NCBI GenBank assembly: GCA_964390905.1
Contig: CAYMLO010000010.1
Span: forward strand, 18,186 to 82,185
Origin: an uncultured Planctomycetales bacterium
Lineage (GTDB): Bacteria > Planctomycetota > Phycisphaerae > UBA1845 > JAFGLZ01
Direction: 5' to 3'
DNA length: 64,000 nucleotides
Below are positions 8,456 to 17,054 of this stretch, piece after piece. Numbering within the stretch: the first letter of the stretch is position 1; each line of letters opens with the position of its first letter. Below the pieces are notes generated by a model. That model had not been told where the DNA came from. It saw nothing but the letters and a program-made list of their open reading frames with translations, and did no database searches. The position numbers and the translations under genes were made by a program.

Positions 8456-9568
8456 ATGACCGACGAGTCCGACAGGACGGCACACCCCAGCCCGGAAAGC
8501 GGCGGCAACGAGCCGAGTAGGGTGGGTCGTTTCGACCCACCTATCGGCGGGTCCGGAGGACCCACCCTACTGTCTGACCACCCAGGGCCGCTGTTGCGGG
8601 TTCGCAACCTGCGCAAGCATTTCCCCGTCCACGGCAAGGGATTCCTCCAGCGCGTGGTCGGCACCGTCAAGGCCGTCGATGACGTGAGCTTCGATCTGCA
8701 GCCCGGCGAGGTGCTGGGGCTCGTGGGCGAGAGCGGGTCGGGCAAGACGACCGTCGCGCGCTGTATCCTCCGCGCCATCAGGCCGACGGCGGGGGAGGTG
8801 TGGTTCCGGGACAACGGCCGGAGGGTCGATCTGGTCCGACTGCCCGCCAAGCAGCTCAAGCCGCTTCGCACGCAGATGCAGATGATCTTCCAAGATCCGT
8901 TCAGCTCGCTGAACCCGCGGATGACCGTGGGCGACATCGTCGGCGAGCCGCTGGTCGTCCACGGCGCGGCGCGGGGGAAGGCGCTCAAGGACCGCGTGAC
9001 CGAGATGCTCGTCAAGGTCGGCCTGGCGCCCGAGCACGCCATCCGCTATCCCCACGCCTTCAGCGGCGGTCAGCGGCAACGCATCGGCATCGCGCGGGCG
9101 CTGATCCTCCGCCCGTCGCTCGTCATCGCCGACGAGCCGGTCTCCGCGCTGGACGTCTCGGTCCAAGCCCAGGTCATCAACCTGCTCGGCCAGCTCAAGG
9201 ACGAGCTCCAGCTCACGTGCCTGTTCGTCGCCCACGACCTCAGCGTGGTCAAACACATCTCCGACCGGGTGGCGGTGATGTACGCCGGCAAGCTCGTGGA
9301 GGTCGCCCCCGCCGCCGCCATCTTCGACGACCCGAAGCATCCCTACACCCGCGCGCTGATGTCAGCCGTGCCGCATCCCGATCCGGATCGGAAGATGGCC
9401 TTCCAGCTCGCCGGCGAGGTCGCCGACCCGGGCAACCTCCCCCCCGGCTGCAGTTTCCACCCGCGCTGCGATCGATGCATCGCGCCCTGCAACGTCCGCG
9501 TGCCCGAGCTGAAGCCGCTCGGCCCCGATCGACAGGTCGCGTGTCATCTCTACGACCAGGAGTCGTAA
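8456..9568 (+). CDS. Oligopeptide/dipeptide-type ABC transporter ATP-binding protein (DppF/OppF-like); start uncertain
   Basis: Walker A GESGSGKT, signature FSGGQRQR, Walker [14 protein letters not shown]-terminal [10 protein letters not shown]. The first ~40 codons include the 54-bp repeat, so the true start may lie downstream (CTG 8570/8591 or TTG 8594). Confidence 0.8.
   Translation: MTDESDRTAHPSPESGGNEPSRVGRFDPPIGGSGGPTLLSDHPGPLLRVRNLRKHFPVHGKGFLQRVVGTVKAVDDVSFDLQPGEVLGLVGESGSGKTTVARCILRAIRPTAGEVWFRDNGRRVDLVRLPAKQLKPLRTQMQMIFQDPFSSLNPRMTVGDIVGEPLVVHGAARGKALKDRVTEMLVKVGLAPEHAIRYPHAFSGGQRQRIGIARALILRPSLVIADEPVSALDVSVQAQVINLLGQLKDELQLTCLFVAHDLSVVKHISDRVAVMYAGKLVEVAPAAAIFDDPKHPYTRALMSAVPHPDPDRKMAFQLAGEVADPGNLPPGCSFHPRCDRCIAPCNVRVPELKPLGPDRQVACHLYDQES
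8517..8570. repeat. 54-bp double-hairpin palindromic element, copy 2
   Basis: gtagggtgggtcgtttcgacccacctatcggcgggtccggaggacccaccctac. Lies inside the 5' end of the 8456 ORF. Confidence 0.9.
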
Positions 9569-9702
9569 GGTTGGCCGGACCGGGGACGACGGGGTGCCCT
9601 ATCGCCTCAGCGGTGGGAAACGAAAGCTAGGGGGGAATTGATGTCCCCCGCCGCTGAAGCGACGGGGCACCCGCCGGGACAACGTATTCCGGTCGGTCGT
9701 CA

Positions 9703-9888
9703 GCCGGCTTCCAGCCGGCGCCACCGTTAGCCACGGGCTTCAGTCCGTGGGGATCGTGCGCGCCACAGTTCCTCCCCCCTCCCCCCAGCCGGCTTGAGCC
9801 GGCTGGGGGGAGGGGGGAGGAGGGGTTTGGGCTCGCCTGCGCACGGGCTGAAGCCCGTGCCTAACGGTGGCGCCGGCTGAAGGCCGGC
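9703..9888. repeat. ~190-bp foldback element: ~47-bp imperfect inverted arms around a perfect 50-bp palindrome
   Basis: Left arm gccggcttccagccggcgccaccgttagccacgggcttcagtccgtg. The right arm reverse-complements to gccggccttcagccggcgccaccgttaggcacgggcttcagcccgtg. Centre (9771-9820): cctcccccctccccccagccggcttgagccggctggggggaggggggagg. Confidence 0.85.
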
Positions 9889-10043
9889 AGAGGCAGTGTC
9901 TACCTCGACGAAGCCGGGACCGGGCGGCCGAGACTGCACCCCACACGACCACGAGGAATCGAAGCGGACTGACCGAGCGCGGCACAAGCCACTGAGCGAC
10001 AAGATACCCCAAAGCAAAACAGCGCTTCTGCGCTCAGGCTCCG

Positions 10044-10958
10044 CTACTTCCTATCCAACAACCCGCGGCTTCGCATCCAATCGGCACAGCGTATGGGCCA
10101 GGACGACACCGGATGACGCTGGTTGCGCAGGCCGAATCCGTGCCCGCCGACCTGGTAGATGTGCATCTCGGCCTGCACCTTCGCCTTTCGTAGGGCGAGG
10201 TAGAAGCAGATACTGTTCTCCGGCGGGACCCCCGTGTCGTCGTCAGCGTGGACCAGAAACGTCGGTGGGGTCTCGGGCGTGACCTGGAGTTCGTTGGACA
10301 GGCTCACGACGAGCGCCTGGTCCGGATCGCTGCCCAGCAGGTTCTTCCGGGAGCCGCGATGGCAGACGGGCTTGGTGAACGAGATGACCGGGTAGAGCAG
10401 GATCATGAAGTCGGGCCGGCAACTGACCTGGCTGAGGGCGTCCGTCGGCGCGGGGGCGCGTCGGTCCTTCTGGAAGTGCGTCCCCACCGTCGATGCAAGG
10501 TGCCCGCCCGCGGAGAACCCGAGGATGCCGATGCGGGACGGATCGACACCCCAGTCCTTGGCGCGCATGCGGACCATGCGGACGGCCCGCTGGGCGTCCT
10601 GCAGCGGCGCAGGATGACCGTAGCCCGTACCGCGATGGCGGTATTTCAAGACGAACCCCGCCGCACCAAAGGAGTTGAGCCACGCGGCGACCTCATGCCC
10701 CTCCTTCTCGATGGCCAAGTGGCCATAGCCGCCGCCCGGACAGATCACCACGCCGCAGCCGGTGGTCTTCTGCTCCGGCGGCAGGTGAATCGTCAGCGTC
10801 GGCTTGTCGGCGTCCTTCTCGCCCTTCGCGCCGGGAGCGCCCTGCGACCACAGCAGCTCGACGGGCGGCTGCGAGGCCTGCATCGAGCCGCACAACGACA
10901 GAAGAACGACAGCCGACAGTCCCAAGGGCATACGAACCCTCTCTGGTTTTGTGATCAT
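10044..10958 (-). CDS. Secreted alpha/beta-hydrolase (esterase/lipase, carbohydrate-esterase-like)
   Basis: GGGY oxyanion-type motif (VICPGGGYGHL) and nucleophile elbow GFSAGGHL. Signal-like MITKPERVRMPLGLSAVVLLSLCG. Start moved to ATG 10958 (GGAGGA upstream), which overlaps the upstream MFS stop (ATGA). Confidence 0.7.
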   Translation of the reverse strand: MITKPERVRMPLGLSAVVLLSLCGSMQASQPPVELLWSQGAPGAKGEKDADKPTLTIHLPPEQKTTGCGVVICPGGGYGHLAIEKEGHEVAAWLNSFGAAGFVLKYRHRGTGYGHPAPLQDAQRAVRMVRMRAKDWGVDPSRIGILGFSAGGHLASTVGTHFQKDRRAPAPTDALSQVSCRPDFMILLYPVISFTKPVCHRGSRKNLLGSDPDQALVVSLSNELQVTPETPPTFLVHADDDTGVPPENSICFYLALRKAKVQAEMHIYQVGGHGFGLRNQRHPVSSWPIRCADWMRSRGLLDRK

Positions 10959-12193
10959 CCGTCTTGCTCCTCCTCGAACGTTCCCACGCCAGACAAGGCC
11001 ACCGCGTGGTTCTCCCTTCTCGCGTCGGCCCTCTGGCGACGGACAACAAGATACGACACCAACGCGGCGAGCGCGAAGAGCGCGCCGCCGATGACGAACA
11101 TGACGACGGACGCCGGGATGAAGTGCAGGATCGTCCACCCCACGAGCGGCCCCGTCGCAGAGCCGACGTCGGTGGCCGTCACGAAGGAGGCCACCGCCCG
11201 CGCCCCCCGCATCCCCGCCACAGCCGCCAGCGTAAGCACCAGCGCGGTCGTGCAGATGAAGAAGACGAGCACGAGCACGACCAGAACGATTGTGTTCGAG
11301 ACAAGGGTTGCCAGCAAGAGTACGACCGTTCCCGCGAAGAAAAGCGCGCATGTGCCGCGCCAATGCCCGATCCGGTCGGTCAAGGCGCCGAGGAACGGGG
11401 CAGCCGCCGTGTCGGTGATCCACCGTCCCGCAAGCAGCGCGCCATTGAGCGTGACCACGCCGAGCGTGATTCCCGCCACGACGACGGTCTGGCCGACCTT
11501 CTCCGCCAGCGTCATGCCAAGCGTCGTCATGATGATGGCGCTGACGCAGCGAACCGCGAATCCGCAGACCAGCAGCGCAGGCCCCGTGGCCGTCTCACCG
11601 TCACGCGCCCGCTCGTCCTGATCTGGCGCGCGGACGGGACGCTCGCGTTGGGACAGCAACCCGGGCACCACGCCCGCCAGCGAAACCAGACCGAACGCGA
11701 TCAGCGTCGCACGAAAACCGACCTGATCGCACAACAGGGCGCCAACGAACAGACCGGCCGATCCGCCAAGACGTGAAATCCCGCTGTAGTAGCCCATGCC
11801 CTGGGCGATGCGAGCGCCGTCCACGCTGTCGACCACCGTCATCAGGCCGATCTGGCGAATGAACGACCAGCACAATCCCCACGTCACCCGCGCCAGCAGC
11901 AGAACCGGAAACAAGAAGATCGTGCCGTACACAACGGCCAACAACGATCCCACGATCAACGCCGCCGTAAGCAGATAGGAGCCGGAGTACCGCCGAATCA
12001 GTCTTTCCGCCAGATGGTTGGTGATCATTCGAATCCAGCGGTTCACCGACAGCAGCAGGCCGACGTGGATGGGGGCCAACCCCAAGGCATGGTGATAGGC
12101 GGGAACGGGCAAGACCGCGTACAGCACGGAATCCCCCAACAGACTGAACGCCGTTGCCGTCGACACGAACAGGACCGGGCGGTTCAGACGCAT
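10955..12193 (-). CDS. MFS transporter
   Basis: 412 aa, about 12 hydrophobic segments. Translationally coupled to the downstream esterase. Confidence 0.7.
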   Translation of the reverse strand: MRLNRPVLFVSTATAFSLLGDSVLYAVLPVPAYHHALGLAPIHVGLLLSVNRWIRMITNHLAERLIRRYSGSYLLTAALIVGSLLAVVYGTIFLFPVLLLARVTWGLCWSFIRQIGLMTVVDSVDGARIAQGMGYYSGISRLGGSAGLFVGALLCDQVGFRATLIAFGLVSLAGVVPGLLSQRERPVRAPDQDERARDGETATGPALLVCGFAVRCVSAIIMTTLGMTLAEKVGQTVVVAGITLGVVTLNGALLAGRWITDTAAAPFLGALTDRIGHWRGTCALFFAGTVVLLLATLVSNTIVLVVLVLVFFICTTALVLTLAAVAGMRGARAVASFVTATDVGSATGPLVGWTILHFIPASVVMFVIGGALFALAALVSYLVVRRQRADARRENHAVALSGVGTFEEEQDG

Positions 12194-12262
12194 GATGGGG
12201 CTTTTGCACTCCGACGGCGCCTCGGAGAAGACTGGCGCTCGCGCTTCCCCGTGGGGCCAAGC

Positions 12263-14191
12263 CTAGTGGTCAACGGTCTGCGCGGACGCCACGCGATAGA
12301 GCCAATACCCCACCCCGACCAACAAAACGACGCCCGGCCAAGTCCCCGCAGGTTCTGAGAGTAGGGCGAGCACGTCCGATCGGCCGCTGACGACGATGGG
12401 GATCGCCAAGACGATGCCGATCAACGCCTCCCCCGTGATCAGTCCGGAAGCGAACAGCAGGCCCCGTCGGTTGGCGCTGTCGGTCTCCTCCCCCGTCGCG
12501 CCCCGCTTGGTCTGTCGCGATCGGATCGAGTGGTTCAGCAGGCCGCCCGCGAAGATGGGCACGGCCAGCTCGAACGGCAAGTAGAACCCGATCGCGACCG
12601 CCAACACCGGCGTTCGAAACGAATGCCCGCGCCGCTCGAGCGCGATGTCCAACAGGATCACGCCCACCGCGACCGCGACGCCCACCGACACGAACGTCCA
12701 GGGCAGCCCGCCCTCAAACACGCCCTTCGCCACCGAGGCCATCAGCGCCGCCTGGGGCGCCGCCAGCGGGCTGGCCTTCGCCGACGCGTGGCCCTCGAAC
12801 CCATAGGCCTTGAGCAGGAGCGTCAGGATCGGCGCCATCACCAGCGCCGCCGATACTGTCCCCACCATCTGCATGACCTGCTGTTTCCAGGGCGTGGCCC
12901 CGACGATGCGGCCGGCCTTGAGGTCCTGCATGTTGTCGCCCGCGATCGCGGCCGCGCAGCAGACCACGCTCCCGATGATGATCGCCGCCGCCGGACCGTT
13001 GCTCGCCCCCGTCCCCATCAGCCCCACCAACAGCAGCGACGAGACCAGCACCGTCGCGATCGTCACGCCCGAGATCGGGTTGTTCGACGATCCCACCAGA
13101 CCCGCCATGTAGCCCGCAACGGCGGAAAACAAGAATCCCGTCACCAGCATCGTGATCGCCATCGGCGCCGCAATACTTACCTGGGCCACGAAGACCTGGT
13201 ACACGGCAAACAGCGGCACGACCGAACTGACCATCAGGACCAGCACCCACTTCATGGGGATGTCGCGATCCGTCCTCTCGATCGTGGCCGACGCGTCGGC
13301 GGCGCCCCGGTAGGCGTCCAGCCCGCTCCGGATCCCGCTGACGATCGACGTCCGCAGACGGAGCACCGTCCACAGGCCCCCGACCAGCATCCCCCCGACG
13401 CCGATGTAGCGCGTCTTGGTCGACCAGATCTGGTGCGCCCAGTCCACCGCAGACAGCGGCTCGGCATTCGTCATCGGCCAGGCTTCGGTCGCCGCGCAGA
13501 TCGGTATCGCGATCAGCCAGTTGCACAGCCCGCCCAGGAAGATCAGCACCGCGATGTTCAGTCCGACGATGTACCCCACCGACAACAACGCCGGACTCAG
13601 GTTCGAGCCGAAGTACGCCACCGTCCCCCCGACGCCCCGCGCCGCCTCGAACACGCCCGACCAGATCCGCAATCCCGCCTCGCCGAACTTGAACAGGCCA
13701 CCTGCGAGGGCGGCCGTCGCGATGGTCCTGACCCCCGACCCCCCGCGTTCGCCCGATCGCAGGACCTCCGCCGTCGCGATGCCTTCGGGAAACTTCAGCG
13801 TGCCGCCCACGATCAGCGACCGCCGCAACGGAATCGTAAACAGCACCCCCAACATGCCGCCGAACCCCGCGATCACGGTCACCCATACGAAATCGAACTC
13901 GCCCCAGAAGTCGAGGATCACCAGCGCCGGCAACGTGAAAATCACGCCTGCCGCCAACGACTCTCCTGCCGAGGCGGCGGTCTGAACGATGTTGTTCTCC
14001 AGGATGTTGCCCCGCCGCAGCAGACGCAGGACCCCCATCGACACGACGGCGGCCGGGATCGACGCCGACACCGTCATCCCCGCGAACAACCCGAGATAGG
14101 CGTTCGCCCCGGCCAGCGCGATCGCCAGCACGACGCCCAGGACCAGCGCCCTGACCGTAATTTCCGCCGTCGAGCCCGTGGTAGAGGACAT
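12263..14191 (-). CDS. OPT-family oligopeptide transporter
   Basis: 642-aa polytopic protein. The N-terminus TVRALVLGVVLAIALAGANAYLGLFAGMTVSASIPAAVVSM is typical of the bacterial OPT superfamily. Confidence 0.8.
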   Translation of the reverse strand: MSSTTGSTAEITVRALVLGVVLAIALAGANAYLGLFAGMTVSASIPAAVVSMGVLRLLRRGNILENNIVQTAASAGESLAAGVIFTLPALVILDFWGEFDFVWVTVIAGFGGMLGVLFTIPLRRSLIVGGTLKFPEGIATAEVLRSGERGGSGVRTIATAALAGGLFKFGEAGLRIWSGVFEAARGVGGTVAYFGSNLSPALLSVGYIVGLNIAVLIFLGGLCNWLIAIPICAATEAWPMTNAEPLSAVDWAHQIWSTKTRYIGVGGMLVGGLWTVLRLRTSIVSGIRSGLDAYRGAADASATIERTDRDIPMKWVLVLMVSSVVPLFAVYQVFVAQVSIAAPMAITMLVTGFLFSAVAGYMAGLVGSSNNPISGVTIATVLVSSLLLVGLMGTGASNGPAAAIIIGSVVCCAAAIAGDNMQDLKAGRIVGATPWKQQVMQMVGTVSAALVMAPILTLLLKAYGFEGHASAKASPLAAPQAALMASVAKGVFEGGLPWTFVSVGVAVAVGVILLDIALERRGHSFRTPVLAVAIGFYLPFELAVPIFAGGLLNHSIRSRQTKRGATGEETDSANRRGLLFASGLITGEALIGIVLAIPIVVSGRSDVLALLSEPAGTWPGVVLLVGVGYWLYRVASAQTVDH

Positions 14192-14444
14192 GCGCGACTC
14201 CCGTGGTCCGGCACGGCCGCCCCTATCCTAGCGGCCGCGACTCCGGATGCCACAGGGGAGCTGCGCCCGCAGCGAAGCGACCATGATCGCTAAAGGCGTG
14301 GCCACCCACTTGCCAGCGCCCCGGGCGCCGGACATAATCAGGATCTCAGCACCGCGCTTTCACCGGAAAGGAGCCGGGTGAGCGGCCCGCAGACCCCGCC
14401 GCGCGGCGCCCCTGCAAGCAGCAGCAACGGCTGACGAGGTCCGG

Positions 14445-15830
14445 ATGAAGCCCGCTCTGCAGGCCAACGATCCCCTGGCCGGCACCGCCCGTCTGGCGGT
14501 GGTAGTGCCCGTAGCGGTGGCCAGCTTCTTCTATCTCACGTCGTTGGAGTACGCGCTGCCGTTGTACTTCGGTGCGCTGCGCGATGCGGCCGAGGCCAAG
14601 GGCCGAACCTATCCGGTGGACATCTGGTCGAAGCTGGTCAAATACCAGATCGTTCCTTGGATCTCCGGCCCGCTGCTGGCAGGGCTGCTGTCCCGGCGGT
14701 ACGGGGAGCGCATCGTCTGGTCCGGCGCCCTGTTGGGCAAGGCCATCATCCCCGTCATCCTGGCGGTCAAGCCACAGCCACACGTCATCTTGCTGCTCGC
14801 CCTGTGGCAGGGGCTGACGGGGGCGGTCATGTGGATCGCGGGGGTCTCGCTGATCCAGATGGTCACGCCTGGTCGGAGGGGCTTGTCCAACGGTCTGATG
14901 ATGACGTCACTGGGTCTGGGCAGCGTGCTGGGGCCGCTCGGCGCACGGGCGCTGATCTATCGCGCCGAACTGGGCGATCGGATTGCCCAGGGAGACTGGA
15001 CGGGGATGGTCTCGCAGCTGTTTACCTTCACGCCGACGACCACCACGCCCGCCGTCGCCGACTTCCACCCGATTCTGTGGCTGCTGACGGGCAGCACGCT
15101 GCTCTGCGCCCTGCTGGTCGGCCGATGGGGACAGCGCCCGGGGCGGTTCGACCGCGGCGAGCCGCCCGATTGGGGTCAGACGCTCAACGACCTGGGCCAC
15201 CTGGCAGCAACGCCGAAGTTCTGGGCGTTGGTGCTGGCGTTGTGCGTTCTGGGAGGACCGGTCTTCCAGGCCTCAAACCAGTTTCTGCCCTACCGGGCTG
15301 AGGATCTCGGTCTGAAGGCGGGGGCCGAAGACCACGGGTGGATCTGGCTGAAGCTGCTCCAAACGTTGATGTGGATTCCCGGCGGGTTGGCCGTGGGGCT
15401 TGTGGCCGGACGACGGGCGCCGGGCGGAGCGGCGGTGGCGATGTTGACCGCCTTCTCGATAGCGGTCTTCGCCATCGGGTGGAGCAAGTTCGCCTGGCAG
15501 CTCTTCGCCTGCGTAGCCCTGTTCGAGTTCGTCCGGCAGTTCATGCGCTGGTCGCACGCGGGGTACCTATCCGAGCACCTGCCGCACGAGCTGCGGGCGA
15601 CGGGCATCGGGTGCGCCATCACCTTTGCCGGCCTGGGCAGCACGATCTTTGCCTGGGCGGCCGATTCGCTGTGGGACCCCAGCACCCCCTACTTCCACTC
15701 CTCGCACCCGTTCCTGGCCGCCGCGGCGCTCGGCATTGTCGGCAGCGCCGGGCTGTACGCCTACGATCGGCTGAACCCGATCCGCGATCCCGACCCGCCG
15801 ACTCTGAACCCAGGGGACGCTCCGGCATGA
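14445..15830 (+). CDS. MFS transporter
   Basis: 461 aa, multiple TM segments. Stop overlaps the next gene's start (ATGA at 15827-15830). Confidence 0.65.
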   Translation: MKPALQANDPLAGTARLAVVVPVAVASFFYLTSLEYALPLYFGALRDAAEAKGRTYPVDIWSKLVKYQIVPWISGPLLAGLLSRRYGERIVWSGALLGKAIIPVILAVKPQPHVILLLALWQGLTGAVMWIAGVSLIQMVTPGRRGLSNGLMMTSLGLGSVLGPLGARALIYRAELGDRIAQGDWTGMVSQLFTFTPTTTTPAVADFHPILWLLTGSTLLCALLVGRWGQRPGRFDRGEPPDWGQTLNDLGHLAATPKFWALVLALCVLGGPVFQASNQFLPYRAEDLGLKAGAEDHGWIWLKLLQTLMWIPGGLAVGLVAGRRAPGGAAVAMLTAFSIAVFAIGWSKFAWQLFACVALFEFVRQFMRWSHAGYLSEHLPHELRATGIGCAITFAGLGSTIFAWAADSLWDPSTPYFHSSHPFLAAAALGIVGSAGLYAYDRLNPIRDPDPPTLNPGDAPA

Positions 15831-16981
15831 AGATCACGGAGATCGCCGCGCACCTGATGGGTGTCCCGGGCCCGGGGGGACTGGCGCCGTCGCGGAACTG
15901 GACCTTCGTGCGCGTCGAGACGGATGAAGGTATCAGCGGGGTCGGCGAGGCGACGACCGAATACCACGAGCACGCCGTCGTCGCCATGATCGAGCAGCAT
16001 CTCGCGCCGCTCCTGATCGGCCAGGACCCCACGCGGGTGCACGCGGCCTGGCAGCAAATGCAACGGTTCTTCTGGTGGCGGGGCGGCGTGGTGGCATCCA
16101 GCGCGGCCAGCGGCGTCGAACAGGCGCTGTGGGACATTACCGGCAAGGCCTACGGCCAACCCGTGTACAAGCTTCTCGGCGGCGCGGTCCGCGATCGCGT
16201 CCGCGTCTACGCGCGGACGGACCTGGGTCTGGCCACGTATGCGGACGAGGCCCGGGCGGCCGTCGCAGAGGGGTTCGACGCCTTCAAGTTCGGCCCGGGC
16301 CGGTACGTCGAACCGTATGACGACGAGCGTCAGGTCGACGCCGCCCTCTCGACGGCGCAGGAAATCCGCGAGGCAACGGGGCCCGCGTGCGAGCTGATCA
16401 TCGACTGCGGGGGCATCTTCTCGCTCCAGGCCGCCCACCGGCTGATCGCCGGCCTGCGCGACGTTCGCATGCTGTTCGTCGAGGAGCCCGTCAACGCCGA
16501 CACGCCGCGCGGGCTGATTGAACTACGGCGGGCGTTCCCAGACATGCGGATCGCCGCGGGCGAACGCCTGGTCACCCGTTGGCAGTTCCGCGAATGGCTC
16601 GAGCAGGGCGCCGTCGACGCGGTCCAGCCCGACGTGTCCCATTGCGGCGGGATCGGCGAACTGCTGCGGATCGCCTCGTATGCCGAGGTCCACAACGTCC
16701 AGGTCGCCCCGCACAACCCGTGCGGCCCGGTCGCGCTGGCGGCCAGCGTGCACGCCTGCGCGTGCATGCCGAACTTCTTGATCCTCGAGCACTGCCGCCA
16801 TCGCCCCTGGTTCGAAGACGTACAGGTCTCGGGCCCGACGGTGAAGGATGGGCGCATCACGCCCGGGGACCGACCAGGGTTGGGCGTCGAGCTCGACTGG
16901 GACTACGTCAAGAAACATCCGTACCAACGGTTGCCACTGAGGACGTTCACCGATAGAAACGGCGGCATGCCGTTGGTCTAG
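15827..16981 (+). CDS. Enolase-superfamily sugar-acid dehydratase (mandelate racemase / D-galactonate dehydratase-like)
   Basis: MKITEI...WTFVRVETDEGISGVGEAT N-terminal capping domain, then a barrel region with FVEEPV and AAGERL metal-ligand-type motifs. The upstream part of track ORF 15338.. overlaps the MFS gene and was rejected. Confidence 0.8.
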   Translation: MKITEIAAHLMGVPGPGGLAPSRNWTFVRVETDEGISGVGEATTEYHEHAVVAMIEQHLAPLLIGQDPTRVHAAWQQMQRFFWWRGGVVASSAASGVEQALWDITGKAYGQPVYKLLGGAVRDRVRVYARTDLGLATYADEARAAVAEGFDAFKFGPGRYVEPYDDERQVDAALSTAQEIREATGPACELIIDCGGIFSLQAAHRLIAGLRDVRMLFVEEPVNADTPRGLIELRRAFPDMRIAAGERLVTRWQFREWLEQGAVDAVQPDVSHCGGIGELLRIASYAEVHNVQVAPHNPCGPVALAASVHACACMPNFLILEHCRHRPWFEDVQVSGPTVKDGRITPGDRPGLGVELDWDYVKKHPYQRLPLRTFTDRNGGMPLV

Positions 16982-17054
16982 TGCCGCGGTCAGTCGGTCG
17001 GCTTCGCACCGACGGACCGCGTGCGGGCGCCCCATCGCTTCGCGGGAGGTCACC

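Noticed and set aside
9727-10017. Small ORFs (96 aa and 90 aa, minus strand; 128 aa, plus strand) in the 9568-10044 gap.
   Set aside because: They are read through the hairpin/foldback repeats (poly-Pro/Gly from the C/G runs). There is no independent coding signal.
10959-11423. Long N-terminal extensions on track ORFs. Examples: 10044..11423, 15338..16981, 17957..19447, 25994..26743, 26472..27566, 32842..34872, 43611..45296, 48989..50923, 56193..56741.
   Set aside because: The extensions overlap the neighbouring gene or intergenic repeats and are compositionally junk-like. Internal ATG/GTG codons give proper signal peptides or family-typical N-termini. Several that I checked also have GGAGG-type ribosome-binding sites (10958, 26569), or start/stop coupling with the upstream gene (15827).
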